Shown here in pieces: positions 54,300 through 64,000 of a DNA stretch of 64,000 nucleotides. Location: positions 7,750,001 through 7,814,000 of the forward strand of contig OX597836.1 of the NCBI GenBank assembly GCA_951406725.2. The letters run 5' to 3'. The notes under the pieces are model-generated. The model had not been told where the DNA came from and made no database searches. It saw only the letters and a program-made list of their open reading frames with translations. This DNA is from Octopus vulgaris (taxonomy: Eukaryota). How positions within the stretch are numbered: position 1 is the stretch's first letter; each line of letters opens with the position of its first letter. Made by a program: the position numbers and the translations under genes.

Positions 54300-55629
54300 G
54301 TATGTGTGTGTGTGGGTTTTCTTTAACCCTTTCACTACCAACTCATCTGAGAGTAACTCTGTTTTGAAGTATTCACCATCATCATGTCCATTTTTGTCCA
54401 TTTTTTTCAATTCTTGCATGAGTCAGAGCTTACTGAGGCTGATTTTATACAGCCGGATGCTTTTCCTGTTGTCAACCCTCATCTGTTTCCCAGCAAGGTA
54501 ATATTTCCCCCTGGCCGGACATATTTTCACAGAATATTAGAAATGAATGACACTGCTTGTATGACAGTGACACTCATTTACAACTGTTGAGTGATGTCGA
54601 GACACAGATACAAACATATAAACACCCATATATCCATACATGTACAACAAGCTTCCATCTATCAAATTCACTCACAAGACTTTGATTGGCTTGGGGCCAT
54701 AATAGAAGACGCTTGCCCAAGGTGCTACACAGTGGGACTGAACCCAAAACCATGTGCTTTGGGAGCAGATGTCTTAACTCCACAGCCACACCTGTGCTTG
54801 TAGGTCCTAGCTATACCTGCTTATGTTTAAACTTGAAATTTCGCTCCATAATTTCATGGAAAAACTTCTTTTTTTGTTACATTCCAAAGTATCAGGTTAA
54901 TAATTACAAAGCAGTACAACTAAATCCTTTTAAATTGTTGATTATTTTCCAAATTAATTGAAGCTCAGTGGCATATTCTTCATCAGCATGACCACAAAAC
55001 GGGGTAATGTGATCAGGCATTGAAGTAAGTTTGATCTTTTATCAAATACCTGTTTCAGTCATTAGGTTGCAGATATGCTGAGGAATTGCCTTTCAGGGTT
55101 TTCGTTGAATAGATTGTCCCTGGTATTTATTTTCCATGTTCAATATTTATTCTATTAATATCTTTTGCCCAGCCACTAAGTTATGATGATGTAAACAAAC
55201 CAACACGGGTTGTCATGTTTTGTGTGGGATAAGCACAAGACACACCCACTTATAAATGTGTGTGTGTGTGTGTATGATGAGCTTCCATACAGTTTTCCTC
55301 TACCAAAATTCACTCACATGCCATTAATCATCCTAGGGCAATAGTAGAAGTTACTTGCCCCAGATGGTGTACAGTAGGATTGAACCTGAAAGCACTTGTC
55401 CTAAAGTGAGCTTCTTAACCACACGGCCATGTTTGTGTCTGAGCCTGCAGAGAGAGGGAGAGAGAAAGAGGGATGCTAAGGAGATTTGAACTCCTGACCA
55501 CATACTCTCATTACTGCTTTCAATACCAACCCTATATGGGATGAAATGTTTTGTCTTGTTTGTTCCGGTTCACTGTGCTCCAAGTTCAAATCCTACCCAG
55601 GGTAAACTCTGGTTTCAGCTGTCGTAGCT

Positions 55630-55900
55630 GTCTCACTGGTGGCTGTCTTCTGTTGTTTGGATTCTAAGCCAATCTTTTGCAAGAAATAGCACACCAATCT
55701 TGCTGGAAAACTGCACCATTCAGTTCAATAGGGGGTGAGGCTGCGTGCCATCCTTTGACAAGAACCTCATCAAGCAAAGCCTGGTATTTGGCTTTCTTCT
55801 GTTGGTGAGAAATGTCAAATCTGTTCTCCCAGGGCATTCTGAGTTCAGCCATGATAGATGTTTTTGTGCTCCTTGATATCATAAACATATTTTCTGCCAC
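55630..55900 (-). mobile_element. Decayed HERO-like RLE non-LTR retrotransposon 3' fragment
   Basis: KTSIMAELRMPWENRFDISHQQKKAKYQALLDEVLVKGWHA..PIEL resembles the ELTVPWE...KKAKY...GW motif. Confidence 0.7.
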
Positions 55901-57631
55901 AACACATCAACACAAGATAAATTGACCTTTAACAGGAGAAGAAAAAAAACAAAACAAAGAGAAAATCTGTTTTGCTTCAGTTTTGTCTATTTCTTACATT
56001 ATGTAGCATTGACCTCTCTGCCTCCCACACTCTTCTCTCCCCCCCTCTCTCTCTCTTGTTGCCTCTTTTCTCCTATCTCTGCTATTGCTAATACTCTTCT
56101 ATTATATCTAGTATAAATGGCTCCCACCTCGTCTCTCTCTCTTTCCAGCCAGTGAGTGAGTTACTAAATCAGTTCATCTGAACCGGTTGTGTAGTTCAGT
56201 GCCCCCACTTTTACCAGATGATCTTTTGCAGACACCCCCTCGCTGACCTCCTCATGCGGTTGCTGGGATATTCCCCTGAAGAGTTTAGTGAGGAAAAAAT
56301 TGACCCCAGTGTTTATTCTTTTTATGTCTAATACTTATTTATTCTGTCAGTCGCTTTTGCTGAACTGCTAAGTTATTACTATGTAAACAGCACCAGTTGT
56401 GAAACAGTAATGAGTGGCAAACATGGGCTCAAAGACCCACACACGATGGGCTTCGACACAGTTTTTGTCAGCAAAATTCACACACAAAGCATATCATCAA
56501 CTCACAGCTATAGTAGAAGACCCTTGCCCAAAGTACTGTGCAGTGGAACTGAACTTGAAACCATGCGGTTGCAAAGCAAACTTTCAAACCAGACAGCCAT
56601 CCCTGCACTTAAATGTTAATGAAGTTGTGTTTAAAATATAAATATTGTGGCACCTTGGGCAAGTGTCTTCTACTATAGCCGACCAAAGCCTTGTGAGTGG
56701 ATTTGGTAGACGGAAACTGAAAGAAGCCCGTCGTATACATGTGTATGTGTGTGTGTATATATATGTATATATATATGTATGGATGTGTGTGTATATATGT
56801 TTGTGTGGCTGTGTTTGTCCCCCAGCATTGCTTGACAACCAATGCTGGTGTGTTTACATCCCCATAACTTAGCGGTTCGGCAAAAGAGACCAATAGAATA
56901 AGTCATGGGGTCGATTTGCTTGACTAAAGAGTAAAAGAATATTGTACCTGGTCTGAATATTTCATTTGTAAGAAAACCCACTATTCCTCTAAATGCCCAA
57001 CACCCACTGGGTATTTCTGTGTGCTCTCAATACCACATAGGGTGTTACTACCCAAGTCAAAAACCCCTGTTGCTTGACTCACTAGAAATAGCAGCCAAAT
57101 AGCTATCGTGACACTCTGCTAGTAATATTGTTTTTTTTTCAATGTATCCATAATGTGTTATATGTGGATAAAAGATGGAATGGTCATAACTGGAATGTCT
57201 TTGATTATATGTCAGCTATATCAAGATTGTTGTATTATTTCTTTTTCCCATCCTGGTTTAGGTTCGATGACTACATCTCTTTGTATGTGAAGCTGTGGTA
57301 TAGCTGGATGGTGGTGGTGATGGTGCTGGTGCTGGGGGGAGGGTCAGTCTACCTTAGGCAACTCTTCAAGGGTGGAGGTGGCTCACCTTGGGCAATGCTT
57401 TTATGAGAGTGGCACACACTCTAGCTGTGCCACTGATGTCTAGAACTATACCATGACATGTGTCCTTCCATTTTTAAAACAGTAGGGTATCATTTGAGGG
57501 TGATTTGGCTGTCATTTTTTGCAGGTCAATCAACAGTGTAGAGGCCCTCTCTCATTGTCTTGTTCATTTATTGATGATATTGATCTGATGTTTGGAACGT
57601 AACTGAAGCAAAGTTTGCAACATACTTATGA

Positions 57632-58102
57632 TTAGCCCTTTGTATTCAGATTACTCTGTCGAGTGTAATGTATATTTATTTATAGTGTTTTGAATTTAAA
57701 CATGCATTATCTTCTAGCTTCAAGATTTCAATGATGTCACTTTATTTTTAGAATGACATAGTTTATTCACATTGTCCCAGTCTGTTCAGCTGGCAAAAAT
57801 GAGTTGTACCTGGATTTCAAAAGGCCAGCCTTGTCACATTCAGTGCATGACACTGAATCTCTCTTAGAATTGTGTTAACTGCACATGTGTTTGCGGGGTG
57901 CTCAGCCACTTGTGCATTCATTTCATGAGCAGGTTGATCCATTGATCAGATCAACTGGAACCCTCATCGTCGTAACCAATGGAGTGTTTATGTAAGAATG
58001 ACATTGTAGGATAGGTGTGAGAGGCTGGCTCTAGTTGGTTTGAATGTAAACAGATAGAATATTTTGGGCCGGATATGGCCAGTTTAAATGCTAAAGTGTT
58101 AA
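57632..58102. mobile_element. piggyBac-like MITE interrupted by a SINE insertion; related copies 15190-15422 and 45352-45510 in the opposite orientation
   Basis: Ends ttag-ccctttgtatt ... aatgctaaagtg-ttaa (decayed TTAA-CCCT...AGGG-TTAA); insert bounded by duplicated agaatgacat. Confidence 0.7.
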
Positions 58103-59369
58103 GTAGTTATCAAAGAACCAGAGGCATTTTCAGGTGGGTTGGATTGATATCAGAAGGGTTAATTAGCAGACGTTCCAGTTTTAATTTTTTAAGTTCTGTG
58201 TACAGTTCTCATTTCATGTATTTCCTGTTTGCACATCTAATGTTAATTATCTCCGTTTGAGTGTGTGCTTGCAATGCTGTAGTAATACTTTTCGTACATC
58301 TCTCAAATAGCTTACCTTTCACTAAATCAATCCGTTTCTTTCTCCTTCATCACATACTAATGATAGACATTACTGGAACCAATTTTGGATTGATGACTAG
58401 AAGAACTGGAGCACCGACAGAACTTAAATCGTGTATTTCTCTTCTCTCTCTCCCTTTCTCTCTCTCTCTCTCTCTAATTCTTTCTTACAACCTCTAATCT
58501 CATTTGCATTAAAATCTTTACAGTTAATTCCTAATCACATACTAATATTTCTACCGTTGTCCATATTATAACATATCAAAAATGTGGAAATAATCACAAA
58601 AATACAAAAAAAAAAACAAGCATAAAAAAAGCCCACAAACCATTTTGCAAAAACAAAAATAAATGGTAAAACAGAGATTGAAACTGGAAACTGAAGCTGT
58701 TAAGAATGTCTGTGGAGTCTTGCATCTTAATTCCATGAATTCTGCATTTGGCTTTAATAATCTGTTTCATTAATTAATGTAACTTGAAACATAAGCTGTT
58801 GCGGAAGTGTCACTGTCCTACAAAATGTCTTATGCGGTTTAACTAGCATCTGTTAACATGTACTCTAAGATCAAATGAAGAAGCCTGTAAGTGGTTGCAT
58901 GGACTTCTAGAAATAGCTACCATGTCTTCCTTGAATTACACTCTACTGACTTGAAATGAGAGAAATGTGTTGGATAATGCAGAATGAGGCGATTGGGTGC
59001 AGCTGTTTTGATGGTGATGATTTGGCACAGCTGACGGGTTTGGCAATTGTACTTTTTGGCACTGGAGCAAACACACGCACAGAAATATACACATAGAGGT
59101 AGAGCAGGAAAGGGAGAGAGAGAGAAAGAGAGAGAGAGACAGAGAGATGTTGCAGTCTATTAATTGAACACAATTGACATAAACACTTTGCCTCTCTTCA
59201 TACACACAATTTTACATAGACAGAATTTTAGTTGACTGAATTGACCCCAGTACTTAATTTTTTTTTTAAGCCTGGTTTTAATTATATCAGTTTCTTTTGC
59301 CAAACTGCTAAGTTATGGGAGCAGAAACAGCTCAACACTGGTTGTTGAATAGTGGGGAGGGTCAAACAC

Positions 59370-59404
<35 letters not shown>

Positions 59405-60174
59405 AGTTTTCTTTCAGTTTTCATCTACCAAATCCATTCATGTGGCTTTTGTCAGCCTGAGGCTATAGTATAAAAACACTTGTCCAAGATGCCATTAAGT
59501 GGGACTGAACCCAGAACAATGTGGTTAGGAAGCAGACTCATTTTGAATACAGTTCATATTCTACAAGTCAACCACATTTTACTGCAGTAAAATCTTAGTA
59601 GTTGTTTCACTGTGTCATTGTTTTATTAAGTTGCTGTTTAACCCCAGGTTCTCTCTGGTTGAGCAGACGAGTAAGTGATCAGTAGTATTCAGCTCATTCT
59701 GTTTTTTAGAGATATCTCAGATGACTTTCATCAACATGTCCTTCTCTTTTTCAAGATGGTAGTGCGTAATTTTAAGGAGATTTGACTGCTGTTTTTTTAC
59801 TGCAGTCAAATCTCTACATCATGCTTGGTTGACCAGATACACCATTAGAAGCATTTGGGACCATTTTATCCTTTTAGAGCTTTCTCAGATGACATTAACA
59901 TCTGTATTTTGCCTTTCTTCAAGATGGTAGTTTTTGACTTGAGAGAGATCTGACTGCTGTTTCTAACAGGTTGAACAACCACATACAACAGACTTCTTCA
60001 TTAACTCATGTCTTTATTAATTATTTCAAGTAGGCAAATTTGCTCTGTTTCTGATCTTTATTTGTTTAGCTGATGAGAAAATTTGAAAATATTTTCCTTC
60101 ATGTCACTAAAAAACAAGGTTGAAATAACCTTGTTGAAAATATGTTATTAATATATTGTTGTTTTCCATTGTAG

Positions 60175-60302
60175 AGCCTGGATTCTGGTGGACCTGTCAG
60201 CAGGAAGCAATGGCACCAGTTAAAGCATGTCTACGACAGTTCAATGAAACATATTTATGACAGTATCGAATTGGTACCATCAAGTGTAGCAGAGGCCAGT
60301 AG
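60175..60302 (+). CDS. Predicted internal exon (SLDSGGPVSRKQWHQLKHVYDSSMKHIYDSIELVPSSVAEAS), phase 0 to 2; gene continues past the window
   Basis: Acceptor gttgttttccattgtag|, donor TAG|gtaagt, 128 nt open in phase 0. The internal KH(V/I)YDS repeat differs mostly at synonymous positions. Confidence 0.85.
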
Positions 60303-62099
60303 GTAAGTGAATGTTCCATTGTGGTTTCAGATAGTTCCACCTTTATTGGTCTTCTTTACCTTTCGTCTTTCAGAAATCACTGAAATATTTCCTGTGGGCA
60401 GAGACCAGAGGCCAGTGACTCTTAGTAGCATCGGTCGAGTATCAGAGAAAATATTGTGCTGCATTCCATTGCATTTTTTTTACATTCTGAGCTCAACCCT
60501 TGTGAATGCCAGCTTCACTTTTTGTCTTTTGTGGTCAGTAAAATCAAGTACTAATCAAGTACTGGGATGTAGTGACCTCAGCAATCCTGGTGCCATGTAA
60601 AAAGCACCCAGTCCACTCTGTAGAGTTGTTGGTGTTAGGAAGAGCATCCAGCTGTAAAAACCATACTAGAGCTGAAAGTGGAGCTTCATGCAGTCTCCAG
60701 GCTCACCAGTTCCTATCAAACCATCCAACTCATGCCAACATTGAAGACAGACATTAAATGATGATGTATGTATACACACACATTGGATACTGTGTCCCTT
60801 CCCTCTGACCTTGTTTCCATGATAAAAACCATTATAGTTGATTGAAACCTTTCAAGGTGGTGCTCCAGCCTGACCAGAGTCTAATGGCTAAAACAAATTA
60901 TAAACCATAAAAGACAGAAAAGTCGGTAATAGTTGTTTCTTGATTTTCTGGCTGTCCTCGTGTTCTTTAATGTACTCAATATGTTTGTTAAAGTGTAACT
61001 CTAACACAATAACTGCAATGGTTCAGTTAGTAACAAATGATTTAGTAAGTGTTATTGAGTTAAATCAATTCGTTATTCATGGTTGGGGCCTGATTCACCA
61101 ATCAAAGAGAGATTTTGTAACTTTTGTGAAGATACTAATCCACCTGAAACCACTTTTGGTTCTCCAAGCAAGAAAATGAAGAGTAATTTTCTCATTCTAT
61201 CATTTTCATATTTATATGAAACCTCTCCTCTTCTATCATTATATACAATAATAATAACCATTATCATCATTTGATGTCTGAATTCTATGCTGGCATGGAT
61301 TGGACAGTTTGGTAGGATCTGACTGGCCAGAGGCCTGCATGAGGCTCCCATGTCTGCACTGGCAAGATTTCTATGGCTGGATGCTCCTTCTAACACCTAC
61401 CACTTAATAGAGTGTACTGGGTACTTTTATCATGCCACCAGCATGAATGAGACCCCCAAGTAAGTTGCAGGACCAGACCTCCACCCTTGAGATAGTGGGG
61501 ATGCAGAATTGAGGGAGGTAACAAATGTCTTGTGGTAGAAAAGGGACAAATGATTGTGGAAAAGAGGTGTCGGGGCATAACTTCAAGGTGCAAGAAGGTC
61601 TCTAGTTAATCATGTTCCTTATACCAGCTTAATATTAATTGTAAGGCAGCAAGCTGGCAGAAATGTTAGCATGCTGAGTAAAAATGCTTAGTGGCATTTC
61701 ATCTATCTTTACTGTCTGAGTTCAAATTCCACCAAGGGCAGCTTTGCCCTTCATCCTTTTGGGAGTTGATAAAATAGGTACCAGTTGAGCTCTGGGGTCA
61801 ATGTAATTAATTTGCCTTGTATGCCGAAATTGCTGGTCTTGTGCCAAAACTTAAAACCAAAAAATTTTCTACTCTAGGCACAAGGCCTGAAATTTGGTGG
61901 GGAAATGGATAGTCAATTACATTAACCCCAGTGTTCAACTGGTACTTATTTTATCGACCCTCTGAAAGGATGAAAGGCAAAGTCGACCCCCAACAGCATT
62001 TGAATGCAGAATGTAAAGACAGATGAAATACCCCAACAGCATTTCACCTGGCATTCTAATGATTCTACCTGTTACTTCTCTCACTCATTGTCATCACAT

Positions 62100-62560
62100 A
62101 TCATCCACTCTCAAAAGATGGAATATCAAGGATCACCAACTCGGTCTTTCTTGTACTGCCTTTATTTATTCAAAGTTTGTCCAATTCTTGATATCATTCA
62201 TCCATATAATTTTTTTTTTCTTTTCTCTTTCCCCCATTCATTTTGCTTTCTATAAACAGTCTCTGTAAACCATTTTTTTTTTTATACTAATTAAATGTCT
62301 GAAATATTTCAGTTTTCTCTCTTTGTTGGTATCTAATAAAATGTTCTTAGTTTTTGGTATTCTTAGTACTTCATCATTGATTTTTGTATTCTGTCCATAA
62401 TATTCTTAAATGTCTTCTGTGTGTCCACATCTCAAAGACCTGTAATCTATACACTGGTACTTTTTGTTAATGTCAATGTTTTAGATCTATGTAGTACAGT
62501 AGACCATACATAATACTTTAATAATCTTTTTTCTTTTTGTGATATTAATGATTTTTGATG
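62100..62560 (-). mobile_element. Highly decayed RTE-type LINE fragment
   Basis: Minus strand gives VFEMWTHRRHLRI.WTE and ERKLKYFRH-like motifs. Confidence 0.55.
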
Positions 62561-64000
62561 TTAGTACAGTTTAATACCAGCATCAAATGTTTTTATTTAA
62601 ATCTCTCCTTTACCATTTTCAAATTAATTGCAACATGGACAAAGTAATTTCATTGGAAATATGGTGATGAGAAGGTTAACATGAGGGACGTGAGAGTGTT
62701 TTTGTAATGAGACAATTCACACTTTATAACTCTTTCAATGCCAACCCACTTCAGACCAACCACACTGAAGTGCTTATGTTCAAAATTAAAACTGTTCTCA
62801 TTAAAATTAATTTCAGTTAGTCAATAGCAGTATAGTTATTCATAACAACTCTGAATTGGTGCTGTTGTTATTGCTGTCTTAGGTTATTAAGGAAGTCTTG
62901 TTACGTTTCATAATTCGTTAGCAATTTCTAAGGGAAAATGTAATCTTCCAAACTCTGGAAATTTCAAGGGGAGTTGAACTAACCTATGCTTCTTGCTGTT
63001 GAAGGCCCTGTGATTTCACCAGGGGAACTATTTTTATAACAAGTCTAAATATATCTTTTATCTTTTACTTGTTTCAGTCTCTAGACTGTGGCCATACTGG
63101 GGTAGTGCCTTGAAGAATTTTAGTCAAACAAATCAATTCCAGTAGTTTTTTGAAGCCCGGTACTTACTCTATCAGTCTCTTTGTGTTTGTCCCCACACCA
63201 CCACTTGTCATCTGGTGTTGGTGTGTTTACATCCCTGTGACTTAGCAGTTCAGCAAAAAGAGACCAATAAAACAAGAACCAGGCTTTAAAAAGAGAAAAA
63301 TAATGGCATCGATTCATTCAACTACAGTTCTTCAGGGCAGTGCTCCAGCATGGTCACAGTCCAATAAAAGATAGAATATTCAGTAACTCATCTTCTATCT
63401 TTTACTTGTTTCAGTCATTGGACTGCGGCCATGCTGGGGCATCACCTCGAAGGGGTTAGTTTAAAAATAAACCCAATGCCAGTACTTATTGTTTTTAAAA
63501 GTCTACTACTTATTTTATTGATCCCTTTTGCTGAGCTGCTTAGTTACAAGAATGTAAACAAACCAACACTGGTTGTCAAGTAGTGGTGGCAAAAAGCACA
63601 CACACACAATGGGCTTCCCCACAGTTTCCATCTACCAGATTCACTCATAAGGCATTAGTTGGCCTGTAGAGGATACTTGTTCTAAGTACTGTGCAGAGAG
63701 ATTGAATTGAACCTGCAAACACTTGGTTGCAAAGTCAGCTTCTCAACCACACAGCCATGCCTGCACCCATGTTATCTTAATTTAATTAAAATTTTAACAA
63801 GAATTTTGCACCTCATTATTAATTAAATTTTTTTTTAATGCTCCAAATATTAAAAAAGGTGAAATTTCTTGCTGGAGTTTACTTCATACTTCCGTTCCTT
63901 TAAAATGATTTCAAAGTGCATAGTCGGGAAATTACTTTTCACTAAAATTCTCTCTTTCATGCACATTGTTGATGTTGTTGTTGTTGCGGCTGCTGCTGTT

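Overview
AT-rich, microsatellite- and SINE-dense eukaryotic DNA. The repeat families look like those of octopus/coleoid cephalopods (recognition only, no search run). Nearly all ORF-track entries are artefacts of (TA)n/(CA)n/trinucleotide repeats, SINEs or decayed LINEs. Reading splice signals directly gives a chain of short, phase-compatible + strand exons spread over at least 46 kb (14180-14211, 28285-28373, 32386-32440, 47596-47623, 54274-54299, 60175-60302). They encode part of an unidentified protein: xMNAKFISHSL-RDPNVRRDYLRLRSQLLTARYGSPAFSDQS-SLRSRALSLRSLSRNTVE-ERSYFYEGF-FDTPKLFIF-SLDSGGPVSRKQWHQLKHVYDSSMKHIYDSIELVPSSVAEAS. The introns hold at least five SINE families, RTE and RLE-type LINE fragments, hAT, piggyBac-like and Tc1/mariner-like MITEs, a Helentron/DINE-like element and Penelope-like termini. 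The most interesting signals are: (i) a frame-coupled pair of 28- and 26-nt microexons, in frame only if both or neither are used; (ii) four minimal hammerhead-ribozyme-like motifs whose 3:8 core pair appears as C-G, U-A and G-C; (iii) traces of long-range templated copying (an exact 39-bp copy 5.7 kb away, and a SINE junction repeated 24 kb away).
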